This document shows positions 1 through 13,779 of a stretch of DNA of 64,000 nt, in pieces (position 1 is the stretch's first letter; every line of letters starts with the position of its first letter). This DNA comes from Gracilinanus agilis (Eukaryota), in assembly GCF_016433145.1 (NCBI RefSeq), contig NC_058134.1, forward strand, positions 304,986,726 through 305,050,725, given 5' to 3'. The position numbers and the translations under genes were made by a program. The notes beneath the pieces are model-generated. The model was given only the letters and a program-made list of their open reading frames with translations, did not search any database and was not told the origin of the DNA.

Positions 1-620
1 GGGCAGTCCCCCGCCAAGCCCGCTCGGACCCAGGCTCGGCCCGACCCGTTCGGCATCCGGAGCAGGGGTGGGGGAGGGGGCGTCCTTCCGTCGGTCGGTC
101 CGGCAGTCCGACGGGGCCGGGCTCCCCGCAGTGGGCCCCAGGGCAGCGGCTAGGGGTTGGTGCATCCCTTGGGGTCCCCTGCTCCGGGGGAGCCCACTCG
201 CCGGGGCTAGGCTGGGGTCTGGGGGGCCCCGGAGAAAGGAAGTGAGTGTTTGTGGTGAATGGGGGCAGCAAGCGCAGCCCTTTCCCTTCGCTTCTGCTCG
301 GGAAATACTGAAATACTGGATCTTGGGGCGTCCTGAGCCGGGCATCGAGACCCGGGCATGTCCTGGAGCCTTTAACTACCCCCCACACACGCACAACTCT
401 GCCATCCGGAACAAACTTTAGCGACATTGATCGCTGCCTCTCGTGGAAAGAAGAGGCTGGGCACGCTCTGCTGGTCCCCGGGGGGCAGGTGCATGGGGAT
501 GAGGCGGGGCAAGCGCCATAAAGACCCAAGAGTGGGGCTCTCCTGTGGGGGGAGAAAGTGTGGGCCGGACCGCCCTGGCCTGGCTGCGGAGGCAAGTGGG
601 ACTGACCCTAGTCTGAACTA
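1..620 (+). promoter_or_regulatory. CpG/GC-rich patch; candidate ZBED4 promoter and non-coding exon 1
   Basis: Dense CpG and G-runs. Consensus donor GAA|GTGAGT at 242-247. No coding exon lies between here and the ZBED4 acceptor at 40898-40899. Assignment to ZBED4 is inferred from the mammalian gene structure (non-coding first exon plus single coding exon). Confidence 0.5.
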
Positions 621-3600
621 GTTGGTACCTGAATTAAGGGGTCTGGGTTTGGGGGTGGAGCCTCGCCCACCCAAGGGAGGAAGTTAGATGCCACCGCCCC
701 CTCCCCCCCAAGGGAAACCAGGGAGGGTGAGTGAGGGGAGCGGCCCCCAAAGAGCACACAGGATTCTCAGCCGGCTGGAACCTCTGCCCCGCCAAGGCCT
801 GACTTGCCATGCTAACACCACAATCTCCACCTCGGGTGTTTCAGATCTTGTGCGGACATATGGTCGGGAAAGTGGAGAAGTGTGGGCGATGAAGCCAAGG
901 CACCGGGAGAAGATGCTGAGTAAGTGTTCCTGCCCCTTTGTCCCCGGCCCGGGCATTGCCAGGTGGGAAGGCCCAGAGCTGCCCAAGTTTTGTAATGGCC
1001 TAGACTCTGACCCCTGAAGCTGGGCGAGCCCACGTGCTTCCTGGCCTCCTGACTGCCCTGCCTGGACCCCTTTGCTAGTGAAGCCGGTGAAGACGGGGTA
1101 GGGGCGCTTTGATGTGCTCACAGGCATTTCTAGATAGGATCCTTCTCCTACAGTGGTGCTGTGTATGCAGTGTTCTGCCCCAGGGGTCCCCCACCTCTGC
1201 AGCAAGGAAGGCTTTGTATTTTTCTCTCAGACCATTCCTGGTTTTTTAGAGGGGAGGTCCTCTTCCTTAATGCCTCTTCATTGCCCGGGGCTAGCCTGGT
1301 TTTAAAGCTTGGTGCAGTTGTGTTTTAGGAGGCTACACTTGGGGATTCTCCTTGGTGAAGGTAGCTAAACAAAGAACAGAATCTTATAACGTTTGGTGGT
1401 GATGGCTGCCAAACACTATAGAACAGGCTGGAAAAACCTGTTGGTGTGGTCACCTATAGAAACCGTTGGTATAGCATCCACACTGATTCTCGTGGTTTTG
1501 AAGCTGTGTAGTAGCGTTTCCCCTTCTTTCACCTTGTGTAGGAGCCCACCTTTTCCCCTCGGCTCCCCTCTCTCTCCTTTTTGGTGCTCCCCTCCTCCAG
1601 CTGCTGGAGGCTCCCTCTGTCTCCCACTGGAGCTCTCATGGAAGGGCCTGGGGGTCCCTGGCTTAGTTCCTGCTGTGCTCTGGGGCCACTCCTGCATTTG
1701 GAGAAGATGGCTCCAAGAAAACCGTCCTCTCCTGCCTCCACAGCTGCTGTGCTGACAGGCTGTGCCTGCCTCCAGGGGCATCGCTACCTGCGTCCATCCT
1801 TTAGGTGGACCCTCTTTTTCTCTGCTGTTCCGTCTAAAACCACAGAGTTGGGTTTGAAGTCTTCTGACTAGACAAGAGAGGATTTGAGTCTATCTTTGTT
1901 TGGCCGGGACCCGGAGCTGATATGCTCTGATATAGGGTCACTTATTCTACCAGCCAGTTTGTATGGCTGAAATGGAAGAACCTGGGCCCAGCTTCCCAAG
2001 CAGGGGGAAGAGAGGGCCCGGGAAGACCTTTCTGCTCCCTCTTGCCTGGGATGTGATGCCCTGAGGCTCACCATGGTCACTGGGGGGAGTGGAGGCCTGC
2101 CTCGCTTTGGGGAACAAGAAGAAAAATTGATGGCACAATCCTGAGGCCTGGTATTTGACCCAGAACATGCCCAGGGCAGAACAGGGACCGAATGACCTTC
2201 CCTGGGTACTGTTTGCTTGCTTTGGAATGCACTTTGTTACTAAGGTAGCCTTATCAGACTTTCTGAAAGAGCTCCTCTCCTCTCCTGTTCCACGAGGCCG
2301 GGGCTTCGTTGCTCTGAGGACTGGGGCTAGCTGCCCTGAGGTTGGTCTCCTTCCTAGGTCTGGCCCTGGGCCGGCCCTCACTCACCAAGGAAGGTAGGAA
2401 GGTGCAGCGGTCCGGTCAGCTCGTTGGCTTCTCTGCCCGTAAACAAGGCCTGAGTTTGCATTAACCTCACTAGGAAAGAATGTGATCTACCAGTTTGAAC
2501 CAGGCTGGCCAGGGGCAGGCAAACTCAGCCGGGTTTGTGTCAGAAGGCTCTGATTTGCTGGGCGCTGTGGACCGAGTCAGCCCAGGCTTGGATGCTCCGG
2601 CTTGGAAGTGGATGAGAAAAGGAAACTTAAACTGCCAGAAAGTGTGTTTGGGGAGATTGGTTTAACATTCGTAAAATATTTTGGTTGGAAAAAAGACATG
2701 GAAAGAAAACTTTTTTTACCTAGGATCTCTGGAGAGAAGATAAACCTTAAAGGAGAAGGGATTTCATTGGTTGGTGCAGGGAACTCGGAGATGGAAACTT
2801 CCTCTCCCGTAGGGTTAGTCTGGACCCAGACTCCTTTTTACTCCTCATTAGATGGTGTTCCCTGGGCACAAGCTCTTCAGCAGCAAGGCCACAGGTCTGA
2901 GGCTGCAGAGGCCTGCTAGGAATTAAAGGCCTGCATGGTCTTTGCTCAGGAGAATGCTGACTCTTGGGCTTCCACATGGGAATTATTTGGAATGGGCATT
3001 CTTAAGACCAATGTGTGAAAAGGTACTTTCTCCCCCACCAATGTGCACACAGCCTGGGGCTCTCAATGCCACAGTTACTGTGGCTGGCCAGAGAGTCACA
3101 GTCTGGGCTATGCCTCTGATGAGGACCCCTAAGGTGGCAGCGGGCTTCTGATCCAGTTGGGCTGGGATAGGGCAGGCTCCATAAAAAGGGACAGGTAGAA
3201 GGAACACTTTGTAAAATAGGAAGGCCTGAAACCTTTCTCTTCCCCCAGGATATGACGATTTTGTTGGTTTCTTCAATTTGGAATTTTAAAAAGTTTTTGA
3301 TTGCTTTTTTTGTGCTTTAGATTGAGTTTAATACACCTTATTCCATCTTTGGTGGTTTCATTTTGCCCCTTTTTATCCTCCTGGCCGTAATGAAGAGCAG
3401 AATGTGATCCGAGGGTGTCTGGTCTGGTTTATGTGTTTAATTCTCCCCTCCCCCTACTTGAGGAAGGCTATCCCAGGGATTATATCCCAGAGCAGGCCCG
3501 GCTGATGACCTGTAAGCAGGGTTACACTGTGTTTGAGGGGGCTCTTCGCCTTGATTTTTTTCCCTTTGTTTACTGCTATATGTCCTTCTAAGGAGATCCC

Positions 3601-5859
3601 CTTACAAACTCCCAGCTCCAACCCCAACAAAACAGACTTGGTCTTGGGAGCTGGAGGGGCTTGGAATAGTGAGGGAATGGGAATTCTCAGACTAAGCTCC
3701 AGGCCCTGGAAAGCAGGCCTCCTTAACCCCTTTTGTACCAAGACAGTCTCTCAAACCCCTTTCAGAATTAGGGTTTGTGTTGTTTTTGTAAATATAGGAA
3801 ATGTTACATTTCAGGGAGAGGTTGGTGAAAACAAAGATAAAAATCTGCCCTTCCAAGCCCACAAACCCCTAGTCTCCAGGGGTCCAGGTACAGAAGTGCT
3901 GTATCCCATCCCCAGCAGCCCTGATGAGTTTGAGGATACAAGCATCATGGCCCTCTGGGACTAACATTGCTGAATGCTTCACAACTGTTCTCTCACTGCA
4001 CCCTTACCACAACCTTGCAAGGGAGGGACTCTTAGGAACCCCATTGTATAGTTTAGGAAACTGAGGCAAATAGCCTCTGGGCCTGGCACTGAGGGAGGAG
4101 AGGCTGGCATCCATCAGCATGGATGTGCCATCCCAGATGATATGCTCTGTGCCCCGTGGACATGGCCATAAACTGTGGTCCCTGTTCCAAGGAGAAGGAG
4201 GAAGCATTTGTGGTGATGCTATGGAGGGACTGACAGGAAGTACTCCAGGAATCCAGAGTAGGGATGAGTGGGCATCCTTGGGATCAGAGCACAGGCGACC
4301 CCAGGGGCCTGCACTCAGCATCCTGCTTGCTCATGTCCAGCCTGGCTGGCTCTGGAGTCTCTGAAATGCCTTTCCTTTGTGCTTGGAGACATTTAAAATA
4401 ACCATCCTTGTAGTCCATGACCACAGTCTTCAGGGAAACTCTAGAGGGAGCTCCCCGCTTTTTAAAAGCCTGCTTAATTAGGGCTTTTTGGTTTCTGTGC
4501 CAGTCATTTCCCAGGGTGCTATTATGGTGAGACTGGAGTATCAAACTCTTTGAATGAAAAACTGAAAGCTCTGTATGCAGCACTGCAACCCATGAGCCCC
4601 CCACCTGCCTGAGCAGAGAGCCCAGCTTAGGTGTGGACATTGCAGTTAGAGGATGGCCATCTCCTTTATTTTTAGGGTTCTTATTTCCATTGCTGTAGTC
4701 ACTGGAATGACAGTCCTTTATCTCTGGCACCTGCACCCGTTTAGATGTCTCCCCACAGCTCTCTAAATTTCTCTCATTTATTGCTTTAGGACCCGAGGGG
4801 GTCTCCTCCCTTCAGTAATCAAGCACTAGCTCAGCTCCCTGCTCTCAGGACCTTCTGTGCAGTTTGATCAGCTGCTCATTGTCCATAAGAACATTTTTAG
4901 TATCTGTGGCTTCTTTCTATCTTCCATCTCTTTGGGGATTATGCCCAGGAGCAGGATCACTGGGTCAGCAGGTAGAGAGAGGTCAGTCTGGTGCCTTTTT
5001 TAGCTCTTCCCTGGCAACTGCCAGGTGCCTGTCTGGTCTGGCTTGGTGCTTGTTCAAAGTCCGAGACTTCCAGGCACATTAGATGTGGGTTGATAAGGCC
5101 GCTTGGGGTTCTTCGTTCCCTTTAGAACCTGCTCCCTGGGTGACAACACTGATGCCCTTGCTTTGGGGAGGCCACTTGTCTCTTGGCCCCAGTGCTGACC
5201 TTGTGGGCCTTCTATGGGTCTTAATGGGGCTTGGCTCTGTCCTCATTCTTCCCTGCCCTAATTGGTTTGGCCCAAGTCAATTCATAAGCTGATTAAGAAT
5301 GGTCTTATCCTTAGGAAAATGAAGTTCTACCTTTAGGACTAATGTTCTAGGCATGAAATGGTCACTTAGCAGCACTATATGCAAATAAAAATTGCTAAAT
5401 TGTACAGCGTACAATTAGAGACTAGAACCATGTAGAATAATGTACCAATTGTGTGGAACAGACAGCTAATTCCAAAGGAGTTAAAGAAGTGGGGCTGGGG
5501 GTGGGGTGGGGTGGAGTTGCTGTGATTAGCTAAAGCTCCACGGGACCCAAAAGGAGGGGTGGGATGGCCAAAGAGAAAGGGGCCAAGGATTTGGGGGGCA
5601 AAGCCTGGGTGAGGGAGTCAAGTCTGGTGGGAGAGAGCAGTATGGAGAGCAGCCTTCCTTGAGGGCCAGGTTTTTCAGGGTTTAGAAGAAGCAACTGAGC
5701 CTTGTTTGGGACATTCTAAAAATAGGACAGAACAGTTTGGATGCCCAGGATTTCACCTCTGTGGCATTTTGCTCCAAGGCTGCCCCTTGCCTGGTGCAGA
5801 CCCTTCCTACCTCACACCTGAACTATTAGGGTAGCTGCTGGGGACCGGCCTGCCTCCAG

Positions 5860-6330
5860 CCCATCCTCCATTCACCCACCAAAGTGATCATCCTAAAGTT
5901 CAGGCCTGACCCCCCTATTCAGGAAACTCCTGGGGCAAATACAAAATCCTGTTTGACATCCAAAGCCCTTTATGACCTGCTCCTTCCTACCTTTTCAGTT
6001 CCTGCACCTTCTTTTTGATCTGGTGACCCCGGCTTCCTGACTGTTTCCCATGCCTGGAATGCTCCACTCTGACTTCTTCCCTTTATGTCCCCCCACTTTT
6101 TTACAGGAAGCCTGCCTCAAACCTACTTAATTCCAGTGCCTTCCCTCTCTTCATTATTTCCTATTTATCCTGTGTATGGCTCACTTTGAATATATGTTTG
6201 CACGCTGTCTCCCTCATTAGATCATAAGCTTCCTGAGGGCAGAGACTGTCTTTTGCCTGTTGTCTCCCCAGTGCTTAGGACAATGCCCAATACACAGTAG
6301 GCACATAAGTGATGGTTGAATGACTGGGGA
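5860..6330 (+). mobile_element. L2 LINE 3' fragment
   Basis: L2-like 3' end: agatcataagcttcctgagggcagagactgtc...cagtgcttaggacaatgcccaatacacagtaggcac...tgaatga. Followed by a MIR-like half at ~6340-6450. Confidence 0.6.
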
Positions 6331-6546
6331 TAATTTATTAGCTTCCCTGAGTCTAAATTTCCTCACCCATAAAATGGTGATAACACTACATACCTTTATG
6401 GGGTTGATGTGAGAAAAAAATGCTTTAGAAATTGTCAAGCACTATATAGTATAAATTATTTTTATTATCAGTCTTTTATTGCTTTTTATTCATTTATTTT
6501 TTTTTACTTGAAATTTTATTTAATTAATTTAGGGTATTTTTCTGTT

Positions 6547-6654
6547 TGACTTGCCCAGGATCACACAGCTGGGAAGTGTCTACGGCCAGATTTGAACCCA
6601 GGACCTCCCATCTCTAGGCCTGGCTCTCAATCCACTGAGCTACCCAGCTGCCTC
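6547..6654 (-). mobile_element. SINE1_Mdo-like SINE, 5' half
   Basis: Reverse complement reads ggcagctgggtagctcagtggattgagagcc...gggttcaaatctggcc (A and B boxes) through the core tgtgatcctgggcaagtca. Confidence 0.8.
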
Positions 6655-7400
6655 CTTCCCTTCTAGTTTAACTGCATTAGATTTGTTTGTGCAAAACTGT
6701 TAAATTTTATAGAACCAAACACGATCCCTTTTATCTTGCATGATTGTGTTCGTCGTGGGTTCTCCCTGCTCCGTTAAGATGTTCCTCTAATTTGTTGGTG
6801 ATGCGTCCTTTTCTTATCATGCTTGGCGGCCTTTTCCCTCCACTGCTTGGAGAATGTCTCTTGTGCCAGAAAAGCTCAGGCAGACTTGATGGCCCTCAGT
6901 GCCCCCTTCGCACCATTGGGGTCATGCACATGTGGGTTCTGCACATCCATTGCTTCTCAGCACTCTGGGTTGTGCCGTGGCTCTGCCATGACTTGTTCAG
7001 CCATTATTGGGCGTCACTCTGACATTTGGGTGTCTGTGCACTGGGATCCCTTGGCCAAAGGGAGTGCAACTGAGTGGATTGGAATTATTGTCAGTAGTAG
7101 GAGAACCTGGAAGGACTGTGAACATTAGCTGAGAAAGGGATAGTAGCAGACAGACGAGGTCCAAGGTGATTGCTATGATCCAGTTTCTGAGGGCCAAGAC
7201 TCTGGATGAGCACAGAAGTGAGGATGCTACTCCTGGACATTTTGGTGGCTTTAAAAAATGCTTTCTTAACAGATTAATATTGAACAGCAATAAAAACCTA
7301 TTAAACTTGCTTAGCCACTATTCTATTTAGATCAGCTACAGTGTATAATGTCTAACCATATTTCTGTCTCCTGAATTCTCAGGATTTTTCATCTATTCAT

Positions 7401-7580
7401 TAAAAAAATCTTCTCTTCTGTCTTAGAATCAGTACTAAATATAGATTCTAAGGCAGAAGAGTGCTATGGGCTAACAATTAGGGTCAAGTTACTTACCCAG
7501 AGTCTCACAGTTAGGATGTGTCTGAGGTCAGATTTGAATCCAGAAGCTCCTGTCTCTAGGCCTGGCTCTCTAGCTGCCCC
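7401..7580 (-). mobile_element. Older marsupial SINE (SINE1/MAR1-like)
   Basis: Diverged copy with the same architecture, including tail cttagaatc...gattctaagacagaagag and core gtaagtaacttgacc. Confidence 0.7.
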
Positions 7581-8115
7581 ATTCATTCATTTGGCTTTTT
7601 GTTTGTTTGTTTGTTTGCTTTTGGAAGGAAATCTTGCAGGACAAATGTGTCACCACAATACTGGTGCCATGGACACAAATAGGGAAGTAAAGGTGAAGCA
7701 GAAGGCACAGGGCATTATGAAGGAGTATTGGAGCTTGAATGGAAGTACCCTTCTCCTGGCAGTTGGAAATGGGATTGAGAGTGGGTATAGAGGTCCAAGG
7801 AGCTGTAGAGGAGAGGGGACCCGGGGTATCCAACCTTGGCCTGTGCCTAGGACAGGAAGCACAGTGGCCACAACAGTGTTTTAGGTGCTGAGAAGTCAAA
7901 AAGGAGGTGGCTGGAGGCTGGGGTGCTGTCAATGACTTTCCCCAGGGCCAACTGGAGATGAATGGAGGCAGTGCCTTGAGATCTTGTTTCTCAAGAAGGT
8001 CTGCAGGGCCATTTGGAAGCCTTTAAGAAGAGCCTGGCCCAGGTGTCTTTTATTTAGAATGGCAGATGGAAAGACACCATTGGTGAGAGAAAGCTGGAAG
8101 GGGCCCTGGGGCAGG

Positions 8116-8191
8116 GGATGGATGGATGGATGGATGGATGGATGGATGGATGGATGGATGGATGGATGGATGGATGGATGGATGGATGGAT
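8116..8191. repeat. (GGAT)19 microsatellite
   Basis: 76 nt of perfect GGAT units counted directly. Confidence 0.97.
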
Positions 8192-8419
8192 GGGAAGTCT
8201 TTGGAGGAATTGGCACTCTCAGTGGATGTGGCCCCATCTGCTCCTCATGGAATCCCTCTTCCTTCCCTATGTGGTCTCCTTAAGTGCCATTTGTTAGGGC
8301 TGAAAGTCTCCTGATTCCCCTAGCTTCTGTTCTCTCTTTCCCTCCCTAACATACATTTAACTGCTTCCTACATAAATTGGTGTTTATTCACTTGATATTT
8401 ATGCTGGAAGTGTTTCTGC

Positions 8420-8541
8420 ATGTGCTTGACTTCCCGTTAGACTGTGAGCCCCTAGACATAGGGGTCCCTTTACGCTTGTACCCCAGCCCCTAGCGCAGGG
8501 GCCGGCACCCCATAGGGGCTTAATCAATGCTGGTTGCTTGA
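8420..8541 (+). mobile_element. L2-type 3' end fragment
   Basis: ttagactgtgagcccctagacatagggg...cttaatcaatgctggttgcttga resembles the L2 terminus. Confidence 0.5.
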
Positions 8542-11500
8542 AGACAGCTTGGTCAGATGAGCGAAGGGTCTGGCCTGAATAGGGACCTTGGACAGATGTG
8601 CTCACTTGACTTGGGGCTGTTTCTTTTCTAAAAAGAGGAGTTGAGGGGACGGGGCCCAGTTACTTTGAGTTATTCTTTTGGATACACTCAAGTGATCTGT
8701 TGGCTAGTGTGGGCCTGGATCTTCTTTGGCCACAGTAATAACTGTCTGGTGGGCGGGGAGGGCCTGGGTCCTAAATCTACGGGCCACATTGGTGCCTGGA
8801 CAAGTTGGCTGCTCAGGCTTTCAGAGCCATTCTGTTGTACTGATCTGGTGTTGAACATGGCGAATTTAACAGCTGAATTGGAGGGAATCAGATCTTTTAA
8901 TGCAGAATGTGTAATTGTATCTTTTACCCAGAGAAATATCATGAGGTTAGCAACAGCCGGCAGGGAAAATACTGAAAAGACTCCTCAGCTGGGAGGGAGG
9001 GTCTCAGTACTAGTCCTGATCAGGATCCGGGGCACCAGCCTCTCCTTCGGGAGCTTTCACACTCGGAAGTTCTCTTCATGGTTTGTGAAGGGGTCAGCGT
9101 CATGGTGGAGGAGTCCCAAGCCTTCCATAGGTCTAGGGGAGGAGGCTGAGAGGTCTGGGCAGCCGAGGGGCTCTGCTCCCAGTGAGCTTGTGTGGCCTTG
9201 GAGGTGGGGAAAGTTGAAAATGTGATACCTGGTGACAAACCTTAAGCACCTACTGTTGGCCCATGGGCTAAACTTTGAAGGAAATGAGAGATTCTAAGCA
9301 TCCAAGGAGAGGGTGCATTCCAGGCCCGAGGCATTGGCTCTCCACGGGCATTGAGGCCAGAGATGGAGTCTGTGCCTCTGAGCACCAAGCAGGAAGACTG
9401 GGATAGGGAGGAGGAAGCTGGGTGGTGACACCTCGAGTGGGGGCCAGACCTGAGCTTTGGAGGTCCCCTTGGCTGGTGGGTGGAGGAGGGCTCCGAGGGA
9501 AGGTAATGAGCTGTGTCTGTGTGACCTGGGGCTCTAGGGCCCCCAGACTGGAAGCAGATGGAGTGGGGTCCCCCTGGCCTCTTCTCGTTGTGATGGGAAT
9601 CCTGCAAAATACGGAGGAGTCACCTTTAGGTGCTTCTCAAGGGGTGACCTGCATGTGAGGGCCTGGCTCCCCAGGACTTTGATGCTTTCTTTGAAATCAT
9701 TGTGGGTTTTCTGTTTAACACCTCATTAGGCTGGGCAGCTAGGGAATGAGACCACCAGCCTCAGAAGTACAGCCAGAGTCGGGTGCTCAGAACAAGACCA
9801 CTTCTTGATTTTTCTTTCTCTTTCTCTTTCTGTAAGGTGTTAGTTAGTTAGAGACCATTTGTTCTGGGGAAAGCTTGCAAACTCTATTCTGTAGGTGCTG
9901 TCGTTTTCCCATTTTACAGCTGAGAAGACTAAGGCTGAGAGAGATGAATTTGCTTAGACTCACACTGCTAATGTGGGTCTTTTATCTTCTGGGCTCACCT
10001 GCTGGCCTCTGGTGAATAACCCAGAATTTACTCTTCCCATTACCAGCTATTCCCTATTGCTGTAGACTTGCTGCCTTGGACTACAGGATGTTTGTTTTTG
10101 TTTGTTTAAAACAGAAAAGAGATTCTGTTTTGTTTGTAATTCACCGAAAACCAGCAATTCTAATGGTAAAAATGTTTTACATTTCAAGAGCAAACCTAAG
10201 TGGTGCTGAAGTCTGGTGGAGTATCCCTGGGTGAGGGATAGGCCAGGTTAGAAATGTGGTGGCTCTTTCTTTTGGTTACTGACCACTTGTTTCCTTTTTG
10301 TTTTTGAAAATAAAATGTTATTACCATCTACTTTTACGTTCCTTTTTATTTGATCTTCAGGCCCAATTAGTGCCTTCCTCCTCTATACTTTTTAGAAGGC
10401 AAGAAAAAACAAAACTTCTTACAGAAGGACATGTGAATAGACTAAATGGAAGGGTTTAAAAAAAAAAAAGACAAGAAATCTGCTTCAGTTGGGTTAGGAT
10501 TTTTGAAGGTCCTACAGAAAATCGGGGAACTTCTAAAGGGAGAGGGGGATGATGACCCTCAGGATTCTTTTCTCCCACACACCTCCAGTGCCTGAGCCCC
10601 ATTCCTATCTCATTGGGCAGCTCTGTTCTCCCTGGTGCTTCCTCTTGGTGCTCCATATTGCTAGTATTGGGTACTGTGTGCTTCTGCTTGCTTCCCTCTG
10701 CATTGGCTCAGAGAATTCTTCCCAAACTATTCCATCAGAGACACAGATGTGTCCTTGTGTCTATGTCTGCCCCCCACGTAATGGGCATCCGCCTGACCCC
10801 GCCACCTCGGATGCAGAGAACAGGGCGCCCCCTCCCATCTTGGCCTTGCAGCCTTGGACAGCTCCAAGCTCGGGCACAATTGGACAGTTTTTAGTCTGAA
10901 AGGGTTTGTGGTTCTTTCAGAACGTGGACTCCTGGTTGTGGCTGGGGCTGGTGGTTCCTGGTCAGTCAGTGAGCATTCATGAAGACAAAGGAACATCCCT
11001 GCCCTGGAGGAGCTCTCCACTCACAGACCACGGGTACAAACCAGACAGACAACGGGCAGGTGGAAGGGGCCAGGATTCCTCGTTCATTCATAATGATTAA
11101 AATTTTCCAGAAGTAAAATGAGTCTCCTTAGGAAGAGATAGATGGTTGACTCGTTTTTTGAAATTTTATTGATTTTTTTTTTTTTTTAAACAAAATTGTC
11201 GTTATGAGACATGGCACTCCCACCCTAGTACTTCATGAAAGGCAGCGTTGCCTAGGGGAATTCTGGAAGACCCGTGAAACTGGTCAAGGTTGAATCAGAC
11301 CTCAGACAGCTTTTATCCTTAGTCTGCACCCCACCCCTGACCCCCCCAAAAGTCAGGGGGTTGGCTCAGCCCTAGAAGGCGCTTGCTGCCCCCAGGCTGT
11401 GCCCCTGTACCTGCCACAGGGAGCACAGAAGGAAGAGAGGTAGTTGGTGGCATGTGGTCTTCAAGACCAAGCCGGGACACTCCGGTGACTTCCTCTGGGG

Positions 11501-11769
11501 GTTCTTTTCTCTTCCCTTGTTTGTGGTCTCATCTGTTTTTCCTTCTAGGGTCACAGCAAGCCACTGAGGCCAGGCGCTAGTTGCATAGATGAGTTCATGT
11601 GGGTCTTCCTGGGCTTCTCTGCATTCCTTATATTCCTCATTTCCTTTGGTCCTGTGATTTCTACACCCAAGTTTGTTGAGCAGTTCCCAATCCTTGGACA
11701 ATCTCTTTTCTTTTCAATTCTTTTCTCTGGCAGAAAATATTGCTGTGCGTATTTTAATTCACAATGAGG

Positions 11770-11779
<10 letters not shown>

Positions 11780-11800
<21 letters not shown>

Positions 11801-12260
11801 ATCATTGAGCTTCTTGGGATATGTGCCCACAGTGGGATTTTGGGCCAGGGGCTGTGGATGCCATTTTTACTTTTTTTGCATAATTCTGAATTTCTTGGTT
11901 CCCAGCTTCTCTGAGTTTTTCTGTTTCTCTTATTCTCTCTTGTCTCTAAATCCTGCTGATTCTTCCTTCTTTTTTTTTGCAGTTTACCCTCATCGTTCTG
12001 CTACCAATGTGGATCCCTCTTTGCTTTGACTGCTTTACAGAAGTTTTTCTGAGAATCTTGCCTAAAATTGTCTCTTGGCCACTCGAGTCCATTGTTTCTA
12101 GTTTTGCCCTAGGAGGCCATGCAGAGGACATTGAATCTTTCTTTCTTGTGCCAGATTCTGCAGAAGCTGAAGACTATGACTAGAACTATTCTGTGTCTTT
12201 TCTGAACTTTCCCAGGCCTCTGAGGCCTTTTCACCATCCGGTGGGGCTTGTCATGGGGTG
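11780..12260 (-). mobile_element. Degraded L1-like fragment
   Basis: T-rich antisense L1-like composition following a T22 run. No intact ORF. Confidence 0.4.
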
Positions 12261-13779
12261 AGCAGATGCCACACCTGATCCTGGGCACATGCTTTACCTC
12301 TTGGACCATTTTCAGGATTTATTTATCCCCTTACATTTCCTCTTCTTACACTGGCCCTGGATAGGCCAGCTGTTATGTGGGGTGGCTCTCCCTCCCATCT
12401 GTCATCTGTGAAGTTGATCACCATGTGGCATTGGTTTTTATAAGTGATTAAATGCTAATTGGCACAGGGCTAGGCACAGATGTGGGACTGCCTTCTTTAA
12501 AGACCTCCGTTAATTGTGCTTTTGCTTCACACACATCTCTCCTTCACTTAAGGCAGGGTACCCTCCATTGGAGACTTTGTTTTGTCAAAATCTGGGTAAA
12601 CTGTTTCACTCTGTAGCATGGACCCGCTTTTAGCTACGTCACGGAAAGCAATACGGAGGCAGAAACCATTGTGGGGGAGGATCTACCTGCTCCTCAGCTC
12701 TGCCCAGGAGTTCAGCACCAGAAACAGCCAGGATTTCATCAGGGGAAATGGCATTCAAGGCGAGTGAGGCCTGACCATCTTGGGGGGGGGGCTTTCCCTT
12801 GAACTCGCAGCTGAAGCCTTCCCTATGGGCTGTCCCTCTGAGCAGCAGGGGAGCATCTCCGTCTGCCGTGTCACCAGCCCTTAGCACAGTGCTTGGCTTC
12901 CTCCCCCTTGTTCTGGATGAAGACCATTTTAATCTTGGGTGGCTACTTCCTTTTCTGGAGCACCCCAACAGTCCAGGGAAATGCTGGGTTCTAGAGCCTG
13001 AGCCCCACGGCCCTTTTTTCATGGTTGGAGTCATTTCCTTCAGCTCTGTAGTATGTCTTCCTCTTCTCAAGATTCTTCTCAAATTACTTTTCTTGATACC
13101 TTTCTTCTATCACTGATTTCTGAATACTTCTCGCTCTGCTTGCTTCCCCAGGAGGCATCTTAGGAATGTCTTTTTATGAATCAATTGGTTACCAAGCCTC
13201 CACGAAGGGATACTCTGTTAGGCTGGGGAGACCCTGAGATAAAAATAAGCCAATCCCTGGATGCTTCAGGGAGCTGACCACCTGGACAAGTGAAAGCCTA
13301 TCTAAGACTGAATATAGGGTAATTGGGGGTGGGAGCAATCCTGAACCCCTTCCTGGAGAAGGGGGCATACTGGAAGCACTTCATAATGCTTTCCCAGAAG
13401 GTTAGTGGGGTTTGCTGTTGCCTTTTCCTGGGTATGATTTTTTAAAATGTCCTTTTCTTGCTCTTGCCTCCACCTTCCCTGGGTGACCCAGGAGGGCTAT
13501 CCCTGAGCTCCACCCCCAGCTTCTGGGTTTATTTTCAGAATTTAGTTCTCCCTCTCTTGGGCTCTTTTTCTTTGTGGAACTGGAGATGAGGGAGTCTTGC
13601 TTGGTCTGGGGGCATTCCTTACCCTCTCTGGCTGTCCAGCCTCACTTGTCTCTGCTTCCTTCGGATTCTACCTCGTTTTCAACCTTAGCCAGGATATTGG
13701 GAGGTCGGGGGTTCTGTTCCTGCCCCTTATCAGTGTGCCCCTCTGCTTTCAGGGTTTCTTCTTGTGAATACACCTTCTG

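Noticed and set aside
1290-1900. Overlapping ~120-aa ORFs with a coding-like look (LHKVKEGETLLHSF)
   Set aside because: No recognisable family; a faint gag-like impression is unsupported without a profile search.
5398-5416. Perfect 8-bp hairpin AATTGTAC-AGC-GTACAATT
   Set aside because: About one such stem is expected by chance in 64 kb.
8641-9225. 194-aa plus-strand ORF, the longest non-genic ORF in the intron
   Set aside because: Starts at TTG, has no recognisable domain and no splice framework. I could not test homology.
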